Origin: the human T2T-CHM13v2.0 reference genome, Homo sapiens
Assembly: GCF_009914755.1 (NCBI RefSeq)
Contig: NC_060937.1
Reading direction: 5' to 3' (one strand)
Length of the DNA stretch: 64,000 nt
In this document: positions 15,441 through 32,392 of the stretch, piece by piece
How the letters are laid out: each line of letters starts with the position of its first letter
Numbering within the stretch: the first letter of the stretch is position 1
Translations under genes and position numbers: made by a program
Notes under the pieces: generated by a model
Databases searched by the model: none
What the model was told of the DNA's origin: nothing
The model's input: the letters and a program-made list of their open reading frames with translations, nothing else

Positions 15441-15758
15441 CTAGCCAACTGAGAAGAAAAACAAAAAATGAGTAATACCCATTGTAAAGTTGGATAAACT
15501 GAGGCACATCACAGTTTAAAAATGCATGTTCCCATAGGCTCCACAGCTCACTCTCTTAACCATCCTGTAATTGTGCCTGCTCTATGCCCAGTCACTGATG
15601 CACTTGTGTGGTAGCTCATGGCACACCTAGCAAACAGTTTCCCTGCCCCCTTAGAACCTGGGTTTCGTTTCCTGCTCTACGGCAGTATAAACAGTTTTTC
15701 TCTGCATGTGTTGGGTTCTAACCCTATATATCTCAAATTTTATTAATATTACTGAATC

Positions 15759-16055
15759 TTTTTTTTTTTTTGAGACGGAGTCTCGCTCTGTCGCCCAGGG
15801 TGGAGTGCAGTGGCAGGATCTCTGCTCACTGCAAGCTCCCCCTCACCGGGGTTCATGCCATTCTCCTGCCTCAGCCTCCTGAGTAGCTGGGACTACAGGC
15901 ACCCATCACCACGCCCGGCTAATTTTTTTGTATTTTTAGTAGTGATGGGGTTTCACAGTGTTCGCCAGGATGATCTTGATCTCCTGACCTTGTGATCCGC
16001 CCTCCTCGGCCTCCCAAAGTGCTGGGATTACAGGCGTGAGCCACCATGTCTGGCC
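15759..16055 (-). mobile_element. AluY
   Basis: Antisense Alu; aatattactgaatctt TSD. Confidence 0.95.
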
Positions 16056-16261
16056 AATATTACTGAATCTTACAGGGGGCTGTGATGTCTTTAATCCTTA
16101 GAAATATTAATCTATAGACAAAGGAATACATGAGGTTAAACAGTATTCACATTTCTATATGCTTTAAAACATTCAGGCAATGTATTAAGAAACACACCTA
16201 AGAAACTGCAGTGAATCTACTCTGGATGAAAATTTAGAGAATATCTCTTCAAAAGAAGCTA

Positions 16262-16570
<309 letters not shown>

Positions 16571-16949
16571 CTACGTATTGGTAGTTATGCATATTCTTAC
16601 ATATATTAACAGTATTTTACATGCTTAAAACCTTAAAAATAATTGAAAATGTCAAAATTATATGCCATATACATTTCTGTGGGCTTGAAAATGATACAAT
16701 ATAGGTTGTTTCTTTAAAGCAGTCACTAAAATGTGTAAACTTCTAGATAGAGTAATCACTAAAAAGGAAAGTTCATACCAAAAGTAGTAATACTAGGAAT
16801 AAAAGAGGGCTCAACACTGCCTTTGGGAGTCCTCCTCCCATGAAACATGGCTGGATTTTTCTCCTTGTCCTGTGTAACCTCCCTTACTTTATCATAGTTT
16901 ACTGCCTTAGTTACTCTCTCATTCCTCCAAGGAGAGCCTCAAGAAATTT

Positions 16950-17690
16950 AGGTAACACCAGAGTGTGGCCCCAGCCAGTTGCCCTCAGTTACCAAGGAGC
17001 AATTAGGTAGGAAATGGCCACTGAAAGACTGAAAACAAGAAAAAAACTCAGGTCCCTCACCCAAACTGGGCAGTGGTGGTCAGGCTTCCACACGGAAACC
17101 TTTCACTGTCACCAGAGTGTCCCCAGCCAGAGACCTGCAGTTGCCTCTGTGCTTAGATGCTGTCCACCAAGGGTCCCGAGTTGGAAAAGGGAAAGGGGGG
17201 GGAGTTCCCCTATGTAGAGCAGAGGGATCCCCACATGGAGATAGCTCCAGCTCATGCCTGCAAATGAAGGCTCTCTAGAGAGGGAAAAGGGAAAAAGAAA
17301 TGAAAAATAAATCCCAAAATTTGGGCTTACCTCCCGACTGGCTCACCAAAATATGTTACTGGTGTGGAAGGTCTTCACTACAAGTTGTCCAGGTTCTTGG
17401 CATGGTGAACAAAGATTGAACAAAACAAAGCAATGGAACATGAAAGCATAGGTGTATTGAAGTGAAAGTATACTCCACAGAGTGAGAGGGGCTTGAGCAA
17501 GCAGCTGATGAGCCCCAGTTGGGGTTTAAGTACCCTTAGGGGTTTCGTGTTGGTTACACCCTATGCAAATGAAGGATTGGTCTGTGGCAGATCAGAGGCT
17601 GAAGTGAAGTTACACCCTATGCAAATGAAGACTGTGACCAATCAGAGGCTGAAGTGAAGGCTCCCTGTCTTTAGACCGTATTCTGCCTCA
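16950..17690 (-). mobile_element. MER51-like 5' LTR (17354-17690) with primer-binding site and leader
   Basis: Minus strand tgaggcag..ccagtaaca, then PBS-like tggtgagccagtcggga and donor gag|gtaag. Confidence 0.7.
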
Positions 17691-18065
17691 GTTAAGAAGC
17701 AAATAAAGGCCCTCAGGGAAATGAAATTAAAACCATAATGATGGTGGTGTGTGCCTCTAGTGCCAGCTACTCAGGGGGCTGAGGCAGGAGGATTACTGGA
17801 GCCCAGGAGATCAAAGCTGCAGCGATCACGCCACTGCACTCCAGCCTAAGCAGCAGAGTGAAAACCCTGTCTCAAAAAAGTAATAATAATAAATAAAACC
17901 TTAGTGAGAAACCAGTACACACCCACCAGAATGGCTGAAAGTACAGGATGTGGTGTTGGTGTGATGTGGAGCAACTTGAACTCTCATAGATTCACTGCTG
18001 GTGGGTTATAAAAGGGTAAAGCCTCTTTGGAAAACTGCTTAATATCACAATAAAGTTAAGCCTAT

Positions 18066-18510
18066 TATATCAGCTCTCTATTGCTGCCTAACCACTCCAA
18101 AACCTCAACCAACAACGTGTTATTTTTACAATTCTGTGGGTTGAGTGACCCATTTGTGGGTCTTGTCTAGGTTTACTCATGCAGCTGTGGTCAGCAGATA
18201 CTTGACTGGGTAGATGGTCTAAAATGGTACCATTCTCCAGTAGGGAGCTCAGCTTGGGTGCTGAGTCTCTCTCTGTGGGGCTTTCATCTTAGGTTTCTTT
18301 GTAGCACGATGTTCCCAGGGTTCTAAAGGACAAGAACCACAGTTCAGGACCTCTTGAAAATTCAGAGTTGCACAACATCACTTCCGTCACGTTCTGTTCC
18401 ATCAGTACAAGTCTCATAAGCTCAGAGTCAATGTGGGAGGGGGCTGTACCAGGGTGAGGGTGCTGGGAGGTGTGATTCATTGGGGTGGGTATTAGGGTGA
18501 TGATTGACCA
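18066..18510 (-). mobile_element. Old MLT1 MaLR LTR inside an L1M 3' fragment (about 17700-19130)
   Basis: ctattgctgcctaaccactccaaaac..acaattctgtgggttga..cacttccgtcacgttctgtt. Confidence 0.55.
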
Positions 18511-18734
18511 TACTGATTTTGTGATGTAGCAGTTCTACTCCCAGGTATGAGCCCAGTGGAAGCAAGTGCTTCTGTCCACTAAAGGTCACAAACAAGAGTA
18601 TTCATAGCTTTATTCATTACAGCACCTAACTGGAAATGACTCAAACGTCCACCAGTAGGAGAGAGGAGAAATAAATTGTGGTATGTTCATACAATAGAAT
18701 ACTATATTATTTGAAAGACTACTGAATCATTTAG

Positions 18735-19102
<368 letters not shown>

Positions 19103-19130
19103 TAATTACTTCCATTTATAGGAAGATTAG

Positions 19131-19538
19131 TGTATTAGTTCATTCTCGCATTGCTGTAAAGAAATACCTGAGCCTGGGTAATTTATAAGAAAAGAAATGT
19201 AATTGGCTCACAGTTCTGCAGGCTATATAGGAAGTATGATGCTGGCATCTGCTTGGCTTCCGGGGAGGCCTCAGGAAACTTGAAATCATGGCAGAAGGCT
19301 AAGTGGGGAGCCAGCACTTGACATATCCGGAACAGGAGGGATTGAGAAAGGGAGGAGGTGCTACATACTTTAAACAACCAGAACTCACTATCACGAGAAC
19401 AGCACCAAGAGGATGGTACTAAACCATTCAGGAGAAACCACCCCCATGATCCAGTCACCTCCTACCAGGCCCCACCTCCAACATTGAGGATTACGGTTCA
19501 CCCTGAGATTTGGTGGGACACAGATCCAAACCATGTCA
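19131..19538 (-). mobile_element. MST (MSTA/B) MaLR solo LTR
   Basis: tgtattagttcattctcgcattgctgtaaagaaatacctgag..ccaaaccatgtca; attag TSD. Confidence 0.85.
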
Positions 19539-19919
19539 ATTAGTAATGAACAAAACTAATTGGTAGCGATAGAAAAGTCCAAGAAGTGCTTATCTCAGGC
19601 TTGGGAAAGCTGACAGTATTGACCAGGAGTGGGCACAGGGTCTTAAGGAGCTGCATGTGTTCTGTGCCATTCTGGCGGTAGTCATCTGGGATGCATGTAC
19701 ATAGGGTTCATTCAGCCATGTGCTTAAGGGGATTCACACTTGACTCTTGGTTTTAGCTCAATTTTAAAAAACAAATTTAAGCTCTGGTTTCTGAGAGATG
19801 CTAGGTTGAAGCCTCAGCTCTGCCCCTCGGCAGCCCTGTGGCAAGAAAGGCAAGTCTGAGCCTTAGTTTCCTCATTTGTTCAAGGGTGGGAAGTTCATAG
19901 GAAGCTAAATAAAGGCTAG

Positions 19920-20280
<361 letters not shown>

Positions 20281-20516
20281 AAGATTTACCATTCATGTCA
20301 TTTTTATTTTTAGAAAGTTTGCATGTCATTATCTGCCAAACTACCTATTTCTGAAAGCTATTGGTTTGAACTGTGTAAAACTCATTTTGTTTATGTCGAA
20401 TGATTGTACCTAATACATCTGTTCAGATCTGTTCAAATCTATATTACCCTTAAGGTTTTAATATATGGGAAATGGATTTTATTTCATCGTGGCTTTTTTA
20501 TGCATAAGATTGGTGA

Positions 20517-20840
<324 letters not shown>

Positions 20841-21060
20841 ACACAGTGCAGTTCTTACCTGTAACAGCTGAGGAGAAAGTTGTCCACAGGCCTCATACGT
20901 ATTTAGGAGGCCTTGGAAATGGGCAACTGTTGAAACACTGGAGCTGCAACTGCATGTGCTTCTGAAAGTCTTCTGACACTTCCTTTGCAAATGGTGGAAA
21001 ACAAATGAAAAAGAAGATTGGAATGTTGTTTTCCTTCTGCTCTCAACTTGTGCTCTTAAA

Positions 21061-21233
21061 AGTATAATTTGACTTAAATGATAGAGATGGTGTATAATGA
21101 TGGAAATGATAAATGATGGAGTTTTGTATTTTATTCTAAATAGTATAATCTGACTTAAATGATAAGAGATGGTGTTATATAACAATAGAAATGATAAGTG
21201 ATGGAATTTCTTATTTTATTCTAATTATAGTAT
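21061..21233. repeat. Diverged tandem duplication of about 81-87 bp just upstream of the last CDC16 acceptor
   Basis: agtataatYtgacttaaatgata.gagatggtgt at 21061 and 21142. Confidence 0.85.
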
Positions 21234-21243
21234 TTCTTTTTAG

Positions 21244-21503
21244 GAGCAGACATTAAAGACAAATTAAAATGTTATGACTTTGATGTGCATACAATGAAGA
21301 CACTAAAAAACATTATTTCACCTCCGTGGGATTTCAGGGAATTTGAAGTAGAAAAACAGACTGCAGAAGAAACGGGGCTTACGCCATTGGAAACCTCAAG
21401 GAAAACTCCAGATTCCAGACCTTCCTTGGAAGAAACCTTTGAAATTGAAATGAATGAAAGTGACATGATGTTAGAGACATCTATGTCAGACCACAGCACG
21501 TGA
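21244..21503 (+). CDS. CDC16: CDC16 last coding exon (ADIKDKLKCYDFDVHTMK...SMSDHST*)
   Basis: tttttag| acceptor, in phase, TGA at 21501-21503; matches the CDC16 C-terminus. Confidence 0.97.
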
Positions 21504-21715
21504 CTCCAGTCAGTGGTCCTGGTCCCACTGTCCCAGTGTAGGTTAGTATTCCTTCACATCCTCTCCATGGCTTAAGAATGTCCCACTTCCTAACGTGACT
21601 CCAAACTGCATCTCTACATTTAGGAACAGAGACCCGCCTTAAGAGACTGGATCGCACACCTTTGCAACAGATGTGTTCTGATTCTCTGAACCTACAAAAT
21701 AGTTATACATAGTGG

Positions 21716-21766
21716 AATAAAGAAGGTAAACCATCTGTTATGTCTTTTTTTTTCTTTTCCAATAAA
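21716..21766 (+). terminator. CDC16 poly(A) signals (AATAAA 21716-21721 and 21761-21766)
   Basis: Two canonical hexamers, each with T-rich downstream sequence. Confidence 0.8.
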
Positions 21767-21769
21767 CTT

Positions 21770-22420
21770 TTATTTTGGACTAATTTTTGATTTACAGAAA
21801 AATGGCAGAGATAGTACAGAGAGCTTATGTGTGCCCCTCACCTAGTTTCCCCCATTGGTAACCTCTTCTCTTCCCATGGTACATTTGTCATGACTAAGAA
21901 ACCAACATTGTTAGTGTCCATTCACTAAAATCCAGCCTTGATTTGGATTTCACCAGTTTTTCCGTAATGTCTGCTTTCTGTCCCAGAGTCCCATCCAGGC
22001 ACATACTGCATTTAGTCATCCCATCTCCTTTGCGTTCTCTTGCCTGTGACAGTTTCTCAGACTTCCCTTGTTTCTCATGACCTTGACAGTTTTGAGGAGT
22101 ACTGGCCAGGTAGTCTGTAGAATGTCCCTCAATTGGAGTTTGATGTGTTTCTCAAGCACCTTTCTCATCACATCCTACTGGGTGGTTGTAACCACCACAC
22201 GACCTATCCCAGGCAGTGCTGACCTTGGCCACCTGGTCACAGTGGTGTCTGCCAGATTTCTCCACTGTCAAGTTCCTGTTTTTCCCTTTCCATACTCTGT
22301 GGGTTGAGGAGGTTTCAGCTCCAACCCCTGGAGAGAGCAGTATCTGTGCATGTTATTCTTCTTGAAGATTTGTTTCTTCTCTCCTGTTTATTCGATCATT
22401 TATCAGTATGGACTCATGTT
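21770..22420 (-). mobile_element. L1MC/MD-type 3' end
   Basis: tttattttggactaatttttgatttacagaaaaatggcagagatagtacagagag. Confidence 0.6.
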
Positions 22421-22426
22421 TACCTA

Positions 22427-24585
22427 CAGGCATGCCTTGGGGACACTGCAGTTTTGGTTCCAAACTGGCAAGATAAAGCAAATATCACAATAAAACTAGT
22501 TTCACAAATTGGTTTCCCAGTACATATAAAAGTTATGTTTATACTGTAGTCTATTAAGTATGTAATAGCATTATATCCAAAAAAACAGTGTATATACCTT
22601 AATTTAAAAATACTTTCAGGAGTTCGAGACCAGCCTGGCCAACATGGCAAAACCCTGTTTCTATTAAAAATACAAAAATTAGCCGGGCGTGGTGGTGGGT
22701 GCCTGTAATCCCAGCTACTTGGGAGGCTGAGGCAGGAGAATCGCTTGAACCCAGGAGGCAGAGGTTGCGGTGAGCTGAGAGCACACCCACTGCTGCACTC
22801 CAGCCTGGGCAACAGAGCGAGCCTCCATCTCAAAAAAAAAAAAGAGAACACTTTATTGTTAAAAAAAAAAATGCTTATGATCCTCTAAGCCTTTAGCAAG
22901 TTGTAATCTTTTTGCTGATGGAGGGTCTTGCCTCCATGGGGATGGCTGATGATGATGGTGCTGAAGGCTGGGGTGACCGGTAACTTCTTAAAATAAGAGT
23001 GAAGTTTGCTGCATTGATTGACTCTTTCATGAAAGATTTCTCTGTAGCATATGATGCTGTTTGACAGCATATTACAGTAGAATGTCTTTCAAAATTGGGG
23101 TTAATCCTCTCAAACCCTGATGCTGCTTTATCAAGTAAATTTATGGAATCTTCTAAATCCTTTGTTGTTTCAACAGTGTTCAGAGTATCTTCACCAGGAG
23201 TAGATTCCATTTTAAGAAACTATTTTCTGTGCTCATCCATAGAGAGCAACTCCTCATCTATTAAAGTTTTATCGTGAGATTGCAGCAATTCAGTCACATC
23301 TTTAGGCTCCATTTTTAATTTTTATTTTTTATTTATATATTTTTTGACACAGGGTCTTATGTGTTGCCCCGGCTAGTCTCGAACTCCTGGACTCAAGCAG
23401 CCCTCCCACTTCAGCCTCCCAAGTAGGTGGGATTACAGGCACACGCCACCATGCCCAGCTCCACTTCTAATTTTAGTTATCTTGCTATTATCACCACATG
23501 CTGCAAGCAGCTTCTTCCAAACTCCCATTTTGACCACGTCTCATGAATCACAAATGTTCTTAATGGCATTTAGAATGGTGAATCCTTTCCAGAAAGTTTT
23601 CTATGTTCTTTGCCCAGATCCATCTGAGGAATCACTCTCTATGGCAGCTATAGCCTTACAAAATGTATTTCCTAAAAAATAAGACTTGAAATTCAAAATG
23701 ACTCCTTGATCCATGAGCTGCAGGATGGATGTTGTGTTAGCAGCATGCAAACAGCATTCATCTTGTACATCACCCACGGAGCTCATGGATGACCAGGTGC
23801 ATTGTCAGTATTGTCAATGAGCAGTAATACTTTGAAAGGAATCTTTTTCTGAACAGTAGGTCTCACGGGTAGGCTTAAAATAGTAAACCATACTGTAAAC
23901 AGATGTGCTGTCACCCAAACTTTTTCTGTTTTTAAAGCACAGGCAGAGTAGACTTAGCTCTCAGATTTTCTTCAAAATGTGAATGAGCATTGGCTTTAGT
24001 TTAAAGCCTCCAGCTGCATTAGCCCCTAACAAGTCAGCCTATCGTTTGAAACAAGACATTGACTCCTCTTCAGCTATGAAAGTGCTAGATGGCATCATAT
24101 TCCAATATAAGGCTGTTTTGTCTGCATTGATCGTTTTCTGTTTAATGTAGCCATCTTCATTAATTATCTTTGCTAGAGCATCTAGATGGCTTCTCCATCA
24201 GCACTTGCTGTTCCATCTTGCACTTTTTATGTTGTGGAGATGGCTTCTTCCCTTATACCTCATGAACCAATCTCTGCTAGTTTCTACCTTTTCTTTTGCA
24301 GCTCCCTCGCCTCTCTCAGCCTTCATAGAATTGAGGAGAGTTAGGGTCTTGCTCTGGATTAGGCTTTGGCTTACAGGAACGTTGTATCTCATTTGATCTC
24401 GTATCCAGATCACTCAAACCTTCTCCCTATCCGCCGCAATAAGGCTGTTTCACTTTTTTGTGTGTGTTTAATGGAGAAGCTCTTTTAATTTCCTTCAATA
24501 ACTTTTCCTTTGCATTCACAACTTGGCCAACTGTTTGGTGCAAGAGGCCTGGCATTTGGCCCATTTTGGCTTTTGATGTGCTTCC
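22427..24585 (-). mobile_element. Tigger1 DNA transposon with decayed transposase, interrupted by Alus at about 22617-22843 and 23325-23460
   Basis: TA|caggcatgcc terminal repeat; minus-strand ORF remnants [43 protein letters not shown] and [14 protein letters not shown]. Confidence 0.92.
22888..22968 (+). ncRNA. MIR4502: Annotated microRNA hairpin miR-4502 (mature about 22945-22966), Tigger1-derived
   Basis: agcctttagca..tgctgaaggct stem; GCTGATGATGATGGTGCTGAAG matches the remembered mature sequence. Confidence 0.75.
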
Positions 24586-26040
24586 TCATTTCCCGGCCAT
24601 TATTTCTTTAGGGTTTTTTGTTTGTTTTTTTGTTTTGTTTTGTTTTCCCTTTTTCTCTCTTGTTGGGATTCCTATATGCGTGCATTGGTATTTCTGATGG
24701 TGTCCCATGGGTCCCGTAGGTTCTGTTCTTTTCTTACTTGTGCTCCTCAGACTGGATAAGTTCAACTGCCTTCTCTTCACCTTTGCTAATTCTGCCTGCT
24801 CAAGTCTGCTGCTGAATCCTTCCAGTGAATGCTTTAATTTCAGCTATTGTGTTTTTCAGTTCCCGAGTTTCTATTTGGTTCCTTGTTATCATTTCTATCT
24901 CTGTTGACAGTTTCTGTTTGTTCATACATCGCTCTCCTAGTTCTTTTAGTCCGTTTTCCGTGGTTTCCGCTAGCCCTCTGAGCATATTAATACAGTTGAT
25001 GAACATCTTTGACTAGTAATTCTAATATCTGGGGTCCCTCAGTGACAGTTTCTGTCATATTCTTTTCTTCCCATAAGTCAGCCATATTTTCCATTTTATT
25101 TGTGTGCTTTGTAATTTTGTGTTGAGGACTGTACAGTTTGAATATGACACTGCAGTAGCTCTGGAAATCAGATTATCCCTCTCCTCAGGGATTGCTTCTG
25201 TTACTTGTTGAGGGCTGCAGTTCATTTGTGTAGTGAATTTTCCAAGTTATTTTTGCGAAGTCTGTATTCCTGAGGTTCTTGGTCTTTTTATTGTCTCTGG
25301 TCAGCCTGTAACCTGACAGAAATTTCCTTAAATGTCTGGATCTTTTCTTCTTTTTTTTGAGATGAGGTCACACTCTGTCACCTAGGCTACAGTGCAGTGG
25401 CATGATCATAGCTCACTACGGCCTCTAACGCCTTGGCTAAAGGGATCTTCTCGCCTCAGCCTCCGAGTAGCTAGGACTATAGGAATGCACCACCATGCCC
25501 GGCTAATTTATTTATTTTATTTTTGTAGACACGCAGTCTCGCTGTGTTACCCAGGGTGGTCTTAAACTCGGGCTCTAATGATCCTCTCGCCTCAGCCTAC
25601 CAAAGTGCTGGGATTTCAGGCGTGCATAACTGCGCCTGGCCCGATATCTAGATCTTTTTTTTTAAAAGAAGTGTATGTCTCTAAATTTTCTGATAGATGG
25701 TATTGGGGAAATTGCTGCAGCCTGAGGGGGTCGAGACAAAGGCACGCATCGACGCTGGTCCCTCAGGGCACCATCATGTGACCAAAATGCACAGGGTCCT
25801 CGCTGAGGACAGGCTGCAGCAGGTAGGTTGGCTGTCCATCCACACCACCCTCTTAACCAAAAAGCTGCAGCCTCTGCATCATCAAGCCTTCCCCGGGTTG
25901 CAGTAAGCATCTGATGAGGTGACAGAGTTAGAAAACAGTTGATTCTGCTAATTTGTTGTCCAGCTTAATGGTGGTTTTGGTGGAAGAACCAATTAATCCC
26001 TGAAGCTTCCTGCCCTGCCGTTTTCTGTGACGTCACTGCT
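24586..26040 (-). mobile_element. Old L1M ORF1/5' region with an antisense AluJ (about 25342-25641)
   Basis: Minus ORFs NQIETRELKNTIAEIK and HIGIP resemble L1 ORF1p. Confidence 0.7.
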
Positions 26041-26087
26041 GTCTTAAAACTATAACTAAATATTAGTCATATTAAAAAAAAACTATA

Positions 26088-26412
<325 letters not shown>

Positions 26413-26815
26413 TCATATAAAATAAATTGCAGTACTTATCAAATTTCAGTTTAACTTTTGAAAGTCATAGTATTTAAGGTAACAAACTCAGCTATTAACA
26501 CATTTTATGATGCTTTAAAAAGCTCAAAGAATTGAACAGCTATTGGTGCTAAGTTATAATTGTGTTCTATAAAATAAATGTGATTCACTATTCTTTGTAA
26601 TTGCTACCTCCTGGTATGTATAAGATAAAGAAATTGAATTTTACCTATTTTCTCACATACTAATTTGGTGACGTATCCTTTTAACTGTTGGCAAATGTTA
26701 TAGGCTCTCTTGGCCTGTTTTTTATTCCATTATTTTAACATCTTTTGCAGTTTTCTCACATAAGATTGAAAACTGAATCTATGTGAAATAAGCAGGTGTC
26801 TATCAGTAATGATAT

Positions 26816-29677
<2,862 letters not shown>

Positions 29678-29979
29678 GTTTTTGTTAAGATCCCTGCAGA
29701 CTGTGAACTATGAAAACCAGCCCCTGGCCCCGCTTGTGGGTGCTGCAGAGCCGCGTGTGAACTGCTCCTAGGAAACCGCGTCTCTGGGCAGGGTGGCTCT
29801 CGGGCCGTGGATCCGCCTAAAAGCTTTTCTGCCAGTGACGCCCTTGGTCTCTGGATGTGTTCACGCCTCAGTGATTTTACTCTCTGGTTTCTTGTGTGTG
29901 CTTGAGATTCTTGAGAGAAAGCGTGCTGCAGATGAAAAATGCAGCCTACATGAAAAAGAGAAGGGGAAAGCCATTTTAA

Positions 29980-30318
<339 letters not shown>

Positions 30319-30699
30319 TTAAGAATTCAAATGTGAACCCGGCTTTCATGGCGCCCCGGCCACGGAGAGCCTGGGGGAGTGGGATAAAAACGGTGCTGGG
30401 ATGGGAGGGCGGCTTGTCCGCGAACTCCTCCCACCACGCCCGGACCAAAGCCGCCGGCGCCCCGCTTCCGGGGCCGCCCTAAACCGCGGCCGCCGCTCCC
30501 TGAGGGGCCGCCTGACCCGGCGGAAAGCCAGGCTGTGTGGCCGGAGGTCACCACCCCGACCCCGACTAGTCCCGCAGCGCCTGACCCCTTCGTGGGCGGC
30601 CCCGACCGCCGCGGCTCGAGGAGGGGCGGGGCTGGGGCGGCCGAGCTCTCGCGAGGTTTCGTCGGGGGCTGGCGGCTGCGGCTCGGCGGAGAGTGCGGC

Positions 30700-30906
30700 A
30701 TGCGCTCGGAAAAGGAGGGGGCCGGAGGCCTTCGGGCGGCCGTTGCCGCGCGGGGCCCGAGCGGGAGGGAGAAGCTGTCGGCCCTAGAAGTGCAGTTCCA
30801 CCGCGACTCGCAGCAGCAGGAGGCTGAGACGCCGCCAACTTCGTCCTCCGGTTGCGGGGGCGGTGCGGGCAAACCTCGCGAGGAGAAGAGGACGGCCCTG
30901 AGCAAG
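30700..30906 (+). CDS. UPF3A: UPF3A exon 1 CDS (MRSEKEGAGG...KRTALSK)
   Basis: ATG at 30700, donor aag|gtggg. Confidence 0.96.
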
Positions 30907-31080
30907 GTGGGGACGGGGGCGGGGCGCGCAAACCTCGCGAGGAGAGGACGGCCCTGAGTGGAGGGAGGGGAGGGAGGGGAGGGAGGGGCGGGGGCCGGGC
31001 CTCCCAGCGCGGTACGCGGTGCCTTTTGAGCTCCTTGTCCACGCTCCGCCCCGGTGGGAACGGCCGCGCGCTCCCCGCAG

Positions 31081-31187
31081 GTGGTCATCCGCCGCCTGCC
31101 TCCGGGCCTCACCAAGGAGCAGCTGGAGGAGCAGCTGCGCCCGCTGCCAGCACACGACTACTTCGAGTTCTTCGCCGCCGACCTGAG
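31081..31187 (+). CDS. UPF3A: UPF3A exon 2 (VVIRRLPPGLTKEQLEEQL..., RRM-like domain)
   Basis: ccgcag|..ag|gtgagg; UPF3/Smg4 signature VVIRRLPP. Confidence 0.97.
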
Positions 31188-31896
31188 GTGAGGCCCGCCC
31201 CGAGGGGAGGAAGAGAGGGCGGAACCCAGAGCTCGGCGGCGGTGGCCGTCTCGTTGCCTTACGTTCCTTACCCTGATTTCTCCTTTATGGGAGTCGTGTG
31301 AGCTTTTTGAATAAATACATTTCAGTAAAACGTGTCCGTTCCGTCAAAGAAAAATACCACCAACAAAGAAACACAGATGTGGTTTACATGAAAAATGCGG
31401 ATGATTTTCAGACGGCTAACGCTTAGGAAAGCGGGTGCCTTTGAAAGGACCAGCGTTGCCCGCCCGGCGCCTCCCGGGCTTCCCTGCTCGTCCGCGGACG
31501 GGGCGCTGCGGGGCCGGGGGGCGCCGGCTCTTCCTGTGGCCTCCACGCTGGTGCCGCAGCCAGTGCGGTTTTAAATACCGGAGAAGGTCCCCAAGTCAGG
31601 AGAGTCTCTCGGCGCCACGGGTTCCTCTGGGAGTGCGCCCTGGCCTTGCCTTAGGGTTTCAGCCTCGGAGGACCGGTTCTGGGCAGTGGAGAAGGGACCT
31701 GAGTTCTGCCTTGTAAAGTTAACGTTTTGCGTTTGTTTTTGCTAAAGAATATCCAAGTTGTTACAATTAACTGAGATGATTTGGCACAAAAGTTTTATCT
31801 AAAGTAGTTTGTTGTGCCCAGAAAAGGAAAAAGAGGCTAAATTAATGGACTATTGTATTTTTCACTGACCATTTTCACTGTTATCTCTTATTTCAG

Positions 31897-32003
31897 TCTT
31901 TATCCTCATCTCTACTCAAGAGCATACATTAATTTTAGGAATCCTGATGACATCCTTCTTTTTAGAGATCGTTTTGATGGATATATCTTCCTTGACAGCA
32001 AAG
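31897..32003 (+). CDS. UPF3A: UPF3A exon 3 (LYPHLYSRAYINFRNPDDILLFRDRFDGYIFLDSK)
   Basis: tttcag|..g|gttgga; SRAYINF motif. Confidence 0.97.
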
Positions 32004-32085
32004 GTTGGATTATTGGTTTTTAAAAATCTATTATAATCTGTAGGTATACTAATGAAGTATTGCTAGAATATTCGTGCTTTTTAAA

Positions 32086-32392
<307 letters not shown>

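Larger units (their letters stand above)
30340..31680. promoter_or_regulatory. UPF3A: CpG-island promoter of UPF3A
   Basis: Very high GC/CpG; GC box ggggcggggc about 30623; CTCTCGCGAGG about 30646; ETS-like cttccgg about 30465. Confidence 0.9.

Noticed and set aside
22893-24413. Tigger transposase ORF pieces as a domesticated TIGD-like gene
   Set aside because: Fragmented by stops, frameshifts, deletions and Alu insertions.
30327-31716. Long overlapping ORFs on both strands around UPF3A exons 1-2, including an in-frame upstream GTG at 30535
   Set aside because: Expected from stop-codon depletion in a CpG island. The peptides are low-complexity, and the GTG lies upstream of the likely transcription start.
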